NCBI GenBank assembly: GCA_963664325.2
Contig: CAXXDQ010000003.1
Coordinates: 512,001-576,000 of the forward strand
Direction of reading: 5' to 3'
DNA: 64,000 bases
Origin: Desulfomonilia bacterium
GTDB taxonomy: Bacteria > Desulfobacterota > Desulfomonilia > UBA1062
Shown here piece after piece: positions 50,601 through 60,912 of this stretch (its first letter is position 1; every line of letters starts with the position of its first letter). Under the pieces are notes generated by a model. It did no database searches. It saw only the letters and a list, made by a program, of their open reading frames with translations, and had not been told where the DNA came from. The position numbers were made by a program, and so were the translations under genes.

Positions 50601-52459
50601 AAACTGCTTTGTCAGGTTATCAGGAAATCAACGATTGCGTGGTTGTTGCACGAAACGACGGAGCCGGAGGAAAGTACCTTGCAGGGTATTATGTTGCGGA
50701 AAAGGAAATCCCCGTTGGTGACCTGAGGTCATACCTGTCTGCCTCTCTTCCGGATTACATGGTGCCTGCCCGCTTTATGAAACTTGACGCCATGCCGCTT
50801 AATACAAGTGGCAAGGTTGACAGGCTTGCGCTTCCGGAACCGGATGCATTCAGGCCTGACATGGCTGCCGAGTATGTCGAGCCGCGGAATGAAATAGAAA
50901 AAGTACTCTCAGAGGTCTGGCGTGATGTCCTCAGAGTGGACAAGGTCGGTGTTTTTGATAATTTCTTCGACCTTGGCGGAGACTCGATAATCAGCCTTCA
51001 GGTGGTATCCAGGCTGAAGAAATTCGGTTATGAGATAAAGCCGAGGCATATGTTCGAATACCAGACGATCGCAGCTATTGCCCCGGTCGTTGAGTTGATC
51101 AGAACCGTAACAGCGGTGCAGGGGGATGTGACTGGCACTGCCCCTTTGAATCCTGTACAGAGGTGGTTCTTCGACCAGAGTTTTGAAGACGAAAATTTCT
51201 ACAACCAGACATTTGTCCTAAGCTCAGGTGTGAGGATTGACGAGGCGGCCATAAAAAAAGCCGGCGAAGCGGTTGTTATGCATCATGATTCGCTCAGGGC
51301 CCGTTTTGACCGGGAAAAACAGGAGTTCATGCCGGCTGGCCAGGGTCCAATCTTCGTCTTCAAAAATATCAAGGACGTCGATGAACTCAAAGGCGAGGTC
51401 ATGTTGCTTCAGTCATCGCTCGACATCAGTAATGCAAGGGTCTTTGCCATGGGTTTATACAGGCAGGACAAGTCCGATTACCTGGCCGTGACCGCACACC
51501 ACCTGGTGGTCGACGGCGTTTCTTGGAGGATATTGTTTGAAGACCTGTTCAAGGCCTACAGCGATATTCTTTCAGGCGCCAGTGTAAAGCTGCCGGATAA
51601 GACGTCCTCATTTAAAGACTGGTCAATGAAGGTCAGCGCATATGCCCCGAAAGTGCTTGAGGAATTTGCATGGTGGGAAAATATTCTGACGGGAGGGGTA
51701 TTCAGTATACCTGTTGAACATGAAAACGGGCTTAACGATGCCGGATCTGCACTTTCAATAAGTGTTAAACTTGATGAAGAAAAGACAGACCAGCTAATTA
51801 AAACCGCTCACCGGGCATATGGCACGGAGATAAACGATCTGCTCCTTACTGCATTAATGAGATCGATATCAGGATGGACAGGTAATTCCAAGGTGACATT
51901 CGATCTTGAAGGCCATGGCAGGGAAGACATATTTGACGACATGGATATAACAAGGACCGTAGGATGGTTTACCACTATATATCCTGTTGTTCTTGATGCA
52001 GGGAAAAATAAACTTTCTGAACAGATCAAACATGTTAAGGAAGCATTAAGGGCGATTCCTGATAAGGGATTTAACTACGGAATATTGAAGTATATACTTG
52101 GTCAGGATCTGCCATTGTACAGCGGTCTGAGCTTCAATTACATGGGTCAGATTACAGCAGACATATCGGGATTGCCTGTAAAATTTGAGGATATTGGACT
52201 GAAAACAACTCATGGCAAGAATCACAGACCAAATCTAATTGACATCATCGGAATAGTATCGGACGGCAAATTCAGGGCGGATTTCATCTACAGCCCGAAC
52301 ATTCACGAAAGGGAAACCATTGAATGTCTGGCAAACAGCTTTATAAATGAAATCAGCAATGTGCTTGAGCACTGCATGGATCCTGCAAGCTTTGATATAA
52401 CTCCTTCGGACTTCGGTCTTGATGTGGCTCAGGAGGAACTGGATCAGATTTACGAATGA
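41636..52459 (+). CDS. NRPS-B: C-A(Asn)-T-C-A(Ser)-T-C-A(Gln)-T-E; split by three +1 frameshifts at about 42970-43183
   Basis: ORFs 41636-43000 and 43220-52459 are in the same frame. The intervening NRPS sequence (FNDT..PFP..KCI, LTYKELDERSN.LA.YL) is recovered by removing one G (42970-72), one T (43094-98) and one G (43179-83). Confidence 0.9.
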
Positions 52460-52476
52460 TATTAAAGGAGTCATAG

Positions 52477-55400
52477 ATGTCGTTTGTTACGAAAGAGAAT
52501 ACGCAGGATATTTATCCATTGTCGCCCACACAAAAAGGGATGCTGTTCCATTCGGTACTTGAGCCGGATGCGCCAGTATATTTCGAGCAGTTCTCATTTA
52601 CTATCGCAGGTAACCTTGATGAAGATATTTTCAGAAAATCATGGGAGCATCTGGTAGCTTCAACTCCTGTTTTCAGGACCGTGTTCAGATGGTCAAAGCT
52701 TAAAGATCCTTTACAGATTGTCCTTAAGGAACTTCCGGTAGACATAGCCCTGATAGACTTGTCCGGGATGGATCAGCCGGATCAGTATCCTAGGATTGAT
52801 GAATTCATGGTTAAGGAAAGATCATCACCATTTAAGCTTGAAGAATGGCCTTTGATGAGGCTGACCCTTTTCAAGCTTGGAAATGAAAGGCATCATTTCC
52901 TCTGGAGTCACCACCATATCCTCATTGACGGCTGGTGCATGCCGCTTGTTCTGAAAGACCTTTTTGAGACTTATCTTTCGTTGATGACAGGCCAGACGCC
53001 TCCAAGACCAATGCGCCGCGCATACAAAGACTATATCAACTGGCTGGCAAATCAGGATCAGGACAAAGCCAGGAGTTTCTGGATCGGGATGCTTGATGGT
53101 TTTGAAACCCCTAATATTCTCCCATATGATTACAGGCGAGGGGAAATTGATGAAACAGGTTCTTCGATGGTACGACTGTCTCTTCCAGCGGATATGTCGG
53201 ACAAGCTTAAAGAAGTTGCCAGGAAAGAGCGTATTACTATCAGCACTCTGCTTCAGGCTGCCTGGGCAGTATTGCTTAGAACATACAGTGTCCAGGATGA
53301 CGTGGTATACGGGACAACGGTTTCAGGCAGACCTGCTGATTTGAAGGGATCGGAAGATATAATAGGGCTTTTTATAAATACGCTTCCTGTAAGAGTGAAG
53401 TTCGATGATCAGACGACACTCTCGGGTGTATGCAAGCAGATTCAGGATATCTCGGTGGGCATGAGAGAATTTGAGTATTCATTGCTGCCTGATGTAAAAG
53501 CCGCGTCTGGTATTCCAAGAGATCAGAATCTTTTTGACAGTATCTTTGTGTTCGAAAATGTACCAACGGATGCCGTCTCCGGAATGAGAAATAATGGCCT
53601 GGGCATTTCAAACGTTAAGGGTTTTGAAATGACAAATTTTCCCATTACGATCATTGCCGTACCCGGAGATATCCTGAATATAGACATTCACTATCATAAG
53701 GCCCTTTTCAGCAATCTTACAGTTTCTCGGATGACTGGTCATATGCGGCAGGTTCTTAATGCAATGGTCGATAATCCGGCAAAGAAAATTTCTGAAGTTG
53801 ATATACTTACACTTGATGAGAGAGAAGAAATACTTATAGGTTTCAACAAAACAGACTCGTATTGGCCTGAAGATAAGTGTCCCTACCAGTCATTCGAAGA
53901 GCAAGTGTTGAAAACTCCTGATAAGACTGCATTATGGTTTGATGGAAAATCCTTGAGCTATATGGAGCTGAATTCCAAAGCAAACTGTCTGGCAAATTTC
54001 TTGAAAAAGAAAGGACTTGAAACAGAAGGTAAAGTTTGTCTTCTCATGGAACGCTCCCTTGAAATGATCATATCCATACTTGCTATACACAAGGCCGGGG
54101 GATGTTATGTGCCGATGGACCCTGAATACCCGAAGGCAAGGCTGGAATACATGCTTGAAGATTCCGCAAGCAGGTTTCTTTTAACACAGGAAAACCTTGC
54201 GGCAAGACTAAACAGGTTGCCTGCCGATGTTGTTCTCATAGACAAAGAGTCTGTTGAAATTTCAAATGAAAATAATATGAATCCGGCTCCATCGGCAACT
54301 CCCTCAAACCTGTCTCATATAATCTATACCTCAGGTTCGACCGGTTTACCTAAAGGGGTAATGATAGAACACAGCAACGTGACTGCATTTCTTTCCTGGT
54401 GTCAGGAAGAATTTCAATTTGAAGAGTATGAAGAGATGATAGCCTCGACCTCGATGTGCTTTGACTTGTCCATCTTCGAGTTTTTTTTGCCGCTTGTTAC
54501 AGGGGCAAGGGTGATCATACTTAAATCATCGCTGGAAATTAATGACTACTTGAATGAACATTCTGCAACAATGATTAATACGGTGCCTTCAGCCATTCGT
54601 TATTTATGCACCGTTGCTGAAAAAAAGCACAGAGTTAAAGCGGTTAATCTTGCTGGTGAACCGCTCAAGCTCGACTTGGTGAAAGATATCTACAGCAACC
54701 TGGATGTCGGTATAATTAGGAATCTGTACGGACCGACAGAGGACACGACATACTCGACGAATTTCAGGGTACCAAAAGACTTTAACAGACAACCTCTTAT
54801 CGGCAGGCCCTTGTCCAACGGTCAGGCATACGTACTGGATAAAAACCTGAAGCCGGTACCCATAGGTATCAAAGGAGAGATCTACCTTTCTGGTGCCGGC
54901 CTTGCACGAGGCTATTTCAATGCACCTGAAAAGACGGCTCAGAGGTTTATTCCCCATCCATTTTCAAATAAATGGAAATATATATATAAGACAGGTGATC
55001 TTGGCAGCTGGCTTCCAGACGGCAACCTCGATTTTCATGGCAGGGTTGACTATCAGGTTAAAATCAGGGGCAACCGTATTGAAATGGGCGAGATCGAGGC
55101 AAGGCTTGCTCTTCATGAGATGATCAAGGATGTGGTAATCGCTGATAAGGATGACAGTGAAGGCAACAAGTATCTTGTCTGTTATTATGTATCTGAAAAT
55201 GAAATTCCTGTTGCCGAATTGAGAACCTTTATTCAGGAAAAGCTCCCTGAATATATGGTCCCATCCCGGTTTATCAAAATGGAGGAACTGCCACTGACTC
55301 CGAATGGCAAGGTCGACCGGAAGGCCCTTCCTGACCCGGGTGATGTCAGCATGCAAGTTTCATCGGAATACATACCACCGGCAGGACAGATTGAAGAGGC

Positions 55401-56778
55401 AATCGCACAAGTTTGGATGGAAGTGCTGGGAGTGGAACGAATCAGCAGGCATGATAATTTCTTTGATCTGGGAGGACATTCACTTCTTGTTATGAAGGCA
55501 CTCGCGAAGCTTAAGTTCAGTTATGAACTGACTATGCAGGATTTTTTCGATTGCCAGACAATTGCCGAAATATCAACAAGACTTGAAGACAGGAAAAACG
55601 CGGTTAAAACTTCCGAACATATATTGAAGGAAGAACAGCCTGAAAAGATAACAGTTGATATAAATGTCTCTGAAGAGAGAGAAGAGCCTGAGCTTATTGT
55701 GCTTACCGGCGTCACAGGTTATCTTGGCGCCCATCTGCTCTATGAAATGTTGATGCGTACGAATGCTCATATCTGCTGCCCTGTAAGGGCTGCCGGCAAG
55801 GATGAAGCCTATGAAAGGATATTGTCTGCATCCGGGTTTTATTTCGGTGATAATCAAATCGACGTTAAGCGATTGATCCCTGTTTGTGCAGATATCTCTC
55901 TCGACGGGCTTGGTCTTGATGAAGAGGGCAGAAGGATTATACGTTCGGCGGATTGCGTGATTCATTCTGCTTCAGATGTAAGTCACTATGGTGAATATTC
56001 TCATTTTAAAAATGTTAATGTGCTTGGTACAATGCGTTTGATGGATTCTTTAAATCAGGAAAAAATAAAAAGATTCCATTATATATCGACATTAAGCATT
56101 GCCGGAGACGCGATCCCTGATTATTCAAAGGCGTTTTTCAGAGAGACTGATTATGATAGAGGGCAGACACTGGGCAATGTTTATGCAAAAAGCAAGTTTG
56201 AAGCGGAGGGTCTTATAAGGGCTGCCCGGGCAAAAGGTTTAAATGCTACAGTTTACAGGATTGGTAATCTTGTTGGTTCAACGGATAACGGAAAGTTTCA
56301 GCGCAATATAGCTGATAATGCATTTTATGGCCTTATCAAGGCAATCTCGGAAATTCAAACGCTGCCCCAAGGGATGGATTCCAAATTCGATATGACTCCA
56401 ATTGATTCGTGTAGAATAGCCCTTGCAAATCTCATGCTGATGCCGCAGACATCAAATCTGTGTTTTCACGTGTTCAATCCCAACATGGTAAGCATCTATG
56501 ATATTGCTGCAGGTCTGAAACTGGAAGGTTTTGACATAAATACAATACCTGCAATAGATTTTATGGAAAGCATTAAAAACAGCGAAGAAGCAAGTAAACT
56601 GATGATGCCGCATCTTTCAGGAAGTCATTCCCCGAAAACATTCTTTGTATATGATAACAGCTATTGTGAGCACTTCCTGAAAAAGGCCGGTTTTGCCTGG
56701 CATAAAATTGAAGGTGATATTATGCAAAAAATTGTCCATTACTGCATTTTGACGGGATTTATAAAATCCCCGGTTTAG
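52477..56778 (+). CDS. NRPS-C: C-A(Ala)-T-R (terminal thioester reductase)
   Basis: HHILIDGWC, YTSGSTG.PKG, GGHSL; R domain with LTGVTGYLG, YISTLS, YAKSK and YRIGN; no GxSxG thioesterase. Confidence 0.93.
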   Translation: MSFVTKENTQDIYPLSPTQKGMLFHSVLEPDAPVYFEQFSFTIAGNLDEDIFRKSWEHLVASTPVFRTVFRWSKLKDPLQIVLKELPVDIALIDLSGMDQPDQYPRIDEFMVKERSSPFKLEEWPLMRLTLFKLGNERHHFLWSHHHILIDGWCMPLVLKDLFETYLSLMTGQTPPRPMRRAYKDYINWLANQDQDKARSFWIGMLDGFETPNILPYDYRRGEIDETGSSMVRLSLPADMSDKLKEVARKERITISTLLQAAWAVLLRTYSVQDDVVYGTTVSGRPADLKGSEDIIGLFINTLPVRVKFDDQTTLSGVCKQIQDISVGMREFEYSLLPDVKAASGIPRDQNLFDSIFVFENVPTDAVSGMRNNGLGISNVKGFEMTNFPITIIAVPGDILNIDIHYHKALFSNLTVSRMTGHMRQVLNAMVDNPAKKISEVDILTLDEREEILIGFNKTDSYWPEDKCPYQSFEEQVLKTPDKTALWFDGKSLSYMELNSKANCLANFLKKKGLETEGKVCLLMERSLEMIISILAIHKAGGCYVPMDPEYPKARLEYMLEDSASRFLLTQENLAARLNRLPADVVLIDKESVEISNENNMNPAPSATPSNLSHIIYTSGSTGLPKGVMIEHSNVTAFLSWCQEEFQFEEYEEMIASTSMCFDLSIFEFFLPLVTGARVIILKSSLEINDYLNEHSATMINTVPSAIRYLCTVAEKKHRVKAVNLAGEPLKLDLVKDIYSNLDVGIIRNLYGPTEDTTYSTNFRVPKDFNRQPLIGRPLSNGQAYVLDKNLKPVPIGIKGEIYLSGAGLARGYFNAPEKTAQRFIPHPFSNKWKYIYKTGDLGSWLPDGNLDFHGRVDYQVKIRGNRIEMGEIEARLALHEMIKDVVIADKDDSEGNKYLVCYYVSENEIPVAELRTFIQEKLPEYMVPSRFIKMEELPLTPNGKVDRKALPDPGDVSMQVSSEYIPPAGQIEEAIAQVWMEVLGVERISRHDNFFDLGGHSLLVMKALAKLKFSYELTMQDFFDCQTIAEISTRLEDRKNAVKTSEHILKEEQPEKITVDINVSEEREEPELIVLTGVTGYLGAHLLYEMLMRTNAHICCPVRAAGKDEAYERILSASGFYFGDNQIDVKRLIPVCADISLDGLGLDEEGRRIIRSADCVIHSASDVSHYGEYSHFKNVNVLGTMRLMDSLNQEKIKRFHYISTLSIAGDAIPDYSKAFFRETDYDRGQTLGNVYAKSKFEAEGLIRAARAKGLNATVYRIGNLVGSTDNGKFQRNIADNAFYGLIKAISEIQTLPQGMDSKFDMTPIDSCRIALANLMLMPQTSNLCFHVFNPNMVSIYDIAAGLKLEGFDINTIPAIDFMESIKNSEEASKLMMPHLSGSHSPKTFFVYDNSYCEHFLKKAGFAWHKIEGDIMQKIVHYCILTGFIKSPV

Positions 56779-56805
56779 AATAATTACATGATAGGGAGTA
56801 GTGAA

Positions 56806-58257
56806 ATGAGGATTGCAATTGTAACCGGGGCATCATCAGGCATGGGTGTTGAATTTGCCCTTCAGATAGACGATGTGATCGAACTGGACGAAATATGGCT
56901 TATTGCAAGGAGAAAGGACAGGCTTGATGAGGTTTCCAGAAAACTGAAAAGGGCCAAAGGTATTCCAATTGTCTTAAATCTGTCCCAAAAAGGTGAAGTA
57001 GAAAAGCTGAGAAACATGATTGCAGACGAGAAGCCTGATATCAAGTTTCTGGTAAATAATGCAGGATACGGCCTTGTCGGCGAATTTGCCCAACAGGAAA
57101 TCCGGCCGCAGCTTGATATGATTAACCTTAATGTTACTGCCCTTGTCGAGATTACTCATTGCTGTATTCCGTTTATGAAAACGGGCAGCCATATAATACA
57201 GGTTGGTTCTGTTTTCGGACATCTTCCAGGAGTGGCAGGATGGGCGGTATATGCCGCGACCAAGTCTTTTGTATCTTCCTTTTCATTTGCTCTTTCCAAA
57301 GAACTTAAAAGTTCAGGCATTAATGTTACTACTGTAACCCCGGCGGGAGTGAAAACCGAATTTGGCGATGTCGCGGGAGCAGGGAGATTCGATCTGGTCA
57401 GCATGGGCTCTGAACCTGCAGTTGTAGTGAAAAAAGCTATTGAAGATGCAATGAATAAGAGGATGCTATCAATTTTCGGATTTGAAGCTAAATTAAGCGC
57501 GTTTCTCCCCCGTATTCTAAGGAAAGAGACCATGCTGAAGATTGTTTCTTCAGGTACGGCATCTAACCAGTCAATAAGTAATTATTATATCAACAGGGAA
57601 GCCAGGATAAAAAAAGATTTTGAAAAAAGCATGTTACTGTTCGGAAGCGTACTGGCAGGAAAATACAACAAGGAAAGGGCTTTGAAGATTGTTTCAGAAG
57701 CGACACAAAAGTATGCCGACATTATTCCGATTCTGCCTTATGTTGGTGGAGACAACCAGCCGATGATGACACAAAGAATTCTATATGCCGCAACCTGTTT
57801 GGCTCTTTATAGGGCTATGAAGGATGACGGGACAGCCTTAACAGAAATCGGGCAGGTTATTTACGATTCGATAAATAAAGAATATTCGACATTCCCCAAA
57901 AATATTCTAACTAAAATAAACAAGAGGCTGCTTTTTTCTGACATGAATAAGAAAGCGCTTAGGAACGCAGCAATAATCTCACAAGAAAGAAGGTTTCCTG
58001 AAAGTGGAGTGATGTTGTATGTTGAAGGAGATGAGAATAACTTTGACTATGGACTTGATATTATTGAATGCCCGATAAAAAAATTCCTTGAAAAACAGAA
58101 TGCTGCCGAATTGACAACATATATATGCAAGACGGATTTCCCAGTCAGCAAAGCTAACTCGTCAGGCCTTTTCAGAACCTCAACCCTTGCTGAAGGGGGG
58201 CGGGTATGTGATATGCGCTGGAAGAAGAATGGACCAGTATCGGATATCGTCGGATAA
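56806..58257 (+). CDS. SDR oxidoreductase fused to an ATC-hydrolase-like (PF14196-type) C-terminal domain
   Basis: N-terminal TGASSGMG, NNAG, YAATK. C-terminal LPYVGG, ECP......, ICKTDF, RTSTLAEGG..CD.RW. Confidence 0.75.
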   Translation: MRIAIVTGASSGMGVEFALQIDDVIELDEIWLIARRKDRLDEVSRKLKRAKGIPIVLNLSQKGEVEKLRNMIADEKPDIKFLVNNAGYGLVGEFAQQEIRPQLDMINLNVTALVEITHCCIPFMKTGSHIIQVGSVFGHLPGVAGWAVYAATKSFVSSFSFALSKELKSSGINVTTVTPAGVKTEFGDVAGAGRFDLVSMGSEPAVVVKKAIEDAMNKRMLSIFGFEAKLSAFLPRILRKETMLKIVSSGTASNQSISNYYINREARIKKDFEKSMLLFGSVLAGKYNKERALKIVSEATQKYADIIPILPYVGGDNQPMMTQRILYAATCLALYRAMKDDGTALTEIGQVIYDSINKEYSTFPKNILTKINKRLLFSDMNKKALRNAAIISQERRFPESGVMLYVEGDENNFDYGLDIIECPIKKFLEKQNAAELTTYICKTDFPVSKANSSGLFRTSTLAEGGRVCDMRWKKNGPVSDIVG

Positions 58258-58290
58258 TATCTTAAGGCATGTTAAGGGAGAAATACACGT

Positions 58291-59034
58291 ATGATGCCCT
58301 GGATAAAACTTTCAAAAGGGGAAAATGATCATTTCAGGGTTTTCTGCTTTCCTTATTCAGGGGCGACGGCTCAGGTTTTCAGACCTCTGACGCAGTTGCT
58401 TCCGGAAGGGGTATCTGTTTATTCATACGAGCTTCCGGGTCGTGGACGCAGGTTTAATGAAGAAATTCCCGGGACACTTGCGGAAATTATCGAAGAAGCT
58501 TTTTTATCTATCAATAGAATTATCGACAGGCCATATATATTTTGGGGGCATTCACTTGGCGGAATAATAGGCTATGAAATGGCCAGACATATAAGAACAA
58601 ATAATCATCCGCTACCCAAACATTTATTTGTTACGGGTATCAGGGCTCCGCAGGTGCCAAAACGGGAAAAGGATGTATATGACCTTCCACGTGATGAATT
58701 TATTGAAAAAATCAAGGAGATGGGAGGGACACCCGAAGAAATCTTTAATCATGAAGAAATGCTGGATATTATGATACCGATCCTGAAAAAAGATTTTAAG
58801 ATATATGAGATGTATCGCTTTACACCGGATATGCCAATGCCGTTTCCAATTACCGCTATTGGAGGACTTGATGATAAATTCGTCTCAAAAGAAGATCTTG
58901 AACAATGGTCTGTGCATACATCATCATTATTCGACATGCATATGTTGGCAGGGGATCATTTCTTTATATTTGATAATATGAATAATATTGCGCAGTCGAT
59001 TGCCAGGGCAATTTTTCGGATGAATCAGAAGTAA
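58291..59034 (+). CDS. Type II (editing) thioesterase
   Basis: FCFPYSG, ELPGRGRR, GHSLGG, GDHFF. Confidence 0.93.
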   Translation: MMPWIKLSKGENDHFRVFCFPYSGATAQVFRPLTQLLPEGVSVYSYELPGRGRRFNEEIPGTLAEIIEEAFLSINRIIDRPYIFWGHSLGGIIGYEMARHIRTNNHPLPKHLFVTGIRAPQVPKREKDVYDLPRDEFIEKIKEMGGTPEEIFNHEEMLDIMIPILKKDFKIYEMYRFTPDMPMPFPITAIGGLDDKFVSKEDLEQWSVHTSSLFDMHMLAGDHFFIFDNMNNIAQSIARAIFRMNQK

Positions 59035-59106
59035 GGGTTTTATTGGAATGCAACAGGATTATCTATGGTTTTATAATATTAGAAAATTAAACTGTAACGG
59101 GGGCTT

Positions 59107-60855
59107 ATGTTTACAGGGAAAAGACATATGATCGTTATTATAATCATTCTGATCTCGATTGCAGCGCTGTCAATTGCTTACCGTTTTTATTCAGCCGGCC
59201 AGATCATCCCCTGGAAAGTACCATCTGACAATTTTGATGAAGATATTGTGCAAACACTCAGACAATACAATGTGCCTTCTCTTGTCGCCTGTATTATAAA
59301 GAAAAATGAAAGCGGTATCTGGGAAATAGTATGGGAGAGTGCCTATGGTTACAGAAAGGCATTTTTTCCAAGAGCAAAGGCGTCTTTGGATACAATCTAT
59401 CCAATAGGTTCAATAACGAAAACATTTTTGGCTACAGCCATAATGCAACTCAAGGAGAAAGGGCTTATTGATATTGACGCAGATATTAGCAATTATCTTC
59501 CTTTTCAGCTCCGAAATCCCGGCCTGAATTACAATAATCATGACGTCTCTGTTCCACCAATAACAGCACGGATGCTTCTTTCTCACCGTTCGGGTCTGCC
59601 CTCGACCGATATGAATTTTTTTGCCGATCATAAAAGTTTTTCCAAAATGGATTTTGGAGTTTTCAAGGATATTAATGACCTCAAGACATATCTTTCAGAT
59701 AAAAATTCATGGGCGCATGTTGATCCCGATAACCCCAGTAAGCTATATTTTTACAAGCCCGGGGATATATACAGCTATTCAAATGTCGGATACCTTATTC
59801 TTGGTTATGCCCTTGAGAATATAATTAACAAAAATAAAGAGCACCTTGGATTTTCTCAGAAGTATGTGACATGGAAAGATTTTATAAGGGAAAAGATTCT
59901 TGCTCCACTTGGTATGGAAAACACAAGATTTTCGTGGAGTGATTATGGTTGGCTTCATTATAACCAGGCTCAAGGGTATCTTGAGAAAAAACATGTGTAC
60001 AGCTTCAATCCGGATTACCCTGCAACCTCTGAGAATAGCAAAAATCCCCCGAGTTATGCCCCCGGTATACCCATACCCAAGGAGATATTGATTCCAAGAA
60101 AGCCTCCTTTGCGTAATCCCACGCTGGGTTTTCTTTATAATTGCGGTGGGCCTGCTGGCGAAATGAAATCTAACATCAGTGAGATGGCTTATTTTTTGAT
60201 CGCATTTCTCAATGATGGTATTGGTTATAAAAGAAATAAGAATGGAGATATAATAATTGATAAAAATGGCAATCCTGTTGCTGTCAGGATTTTATCCCCT
60301 GAGTCAGTAAAAGAAATGAAATTTGTTGATGATCCGAGGCTTTGTTCCATTAATGTTAACCAGTTCAAGAAAGATAATACGGGACTTGGGAGTCTGACAG
60401 GGTACGGCCTGGGATGGATGAGTTCGGAAAGGGGAGGGCGTTATTGGAATTATCCCTGGTTTTCCAAGGCCAGTGAGACCCTGTTGGTCAACTGGGAGCC
60501 TCTTTTAAAAGCAGGACTTAAAAAGAAAGACAGAATATTGTCAAACAATGGAGTTTCCTGCGGCGGGCTTGAAGTATCCGGAAATGAAGGAGACCTGCCG
60601 GGTTATCGTTCGGCAATGCTGAAACTTTCAGATGACCTTGCGATCATCTATTTTATGAATGAATTCTATTCAGATGAAATCAGGGATGAATCCAGGATTC
60701 AGCCAAGAAGGTTCAGATATTATAACTCTGCCTGTGACGGTGCGCCTGAATTAAGAAAAACAGACGGTGCATTTCCGAATGACAGGGTAAAGGTAAGCGA
60801 ACTGGAATATATTTTAATAAGAAAAGCGGCCGATCTCTTGAATGGCAAAAGGTGA
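59107..60855 (+). CDS. Membrane-anchored serine hydrolase, beta-lactamase/AmpC (S12) family
   Basis: N-terminal TM segment; SxxK (GSITK), LLSHRSGLP, YxN (YSYSNVGY), PLGM, GYGLGW, G.LPGY. Confidence 0.88.
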   Translation: MFTGKRHMIVIIIILISIAALSIAYRFYSAGQIIPWKVPSDNFDEDIVQTLRQYNVPSLVACIIKKNESGIWEIVWESAYGYRKAFFPRAKASLDTIYPIGSITKTFLATAIMQLKEKGLIDIDADISNYLPFQLRNPGLNYNNHDVSVPPITARMLLSHRSGLPSTDMNFFADHKSFSKMDFGVFKDINDLKTYLSDKNSWAHVDPDNPSKLYFYKPGDIYSYSNVGYLILGYALENIINKNKEHLGFSQKYVTWKDFIREKILAPLGMENTRFSWSDYGWLHYNQAQGYLEKKHVYSFNPDYPATSENSKNPPSYAPGIPIPKEILIPRKPPLRNPTLGFLYNCGGPAGEMKSNISEMAYFLIAFLNDGIGYKRNKNGDIIIDKNGNPVAVRILSPESVKEMKFVDDPRLCSINVNQFKKDNTGLGSLTGYGLGWMSSERGGRYWNYPWFSKASETLLVNWEPLLKAGLKKKDRILSNNGVSCGGLEVSGNEGDLPGYRSAMLKLSDDLAIIYFMNEFYSDEIRDESRIQPRRFRYYNSACDGAPELRKTDGAFPNDRVKVSELEYILIRKAADLLNGKR

Positions 60856-60912
60856 TTTTTGTATTTTTAAAGCATGAAATTGCTTTGCAGATTCGGGGAT
60901 TAAATATCAAAA

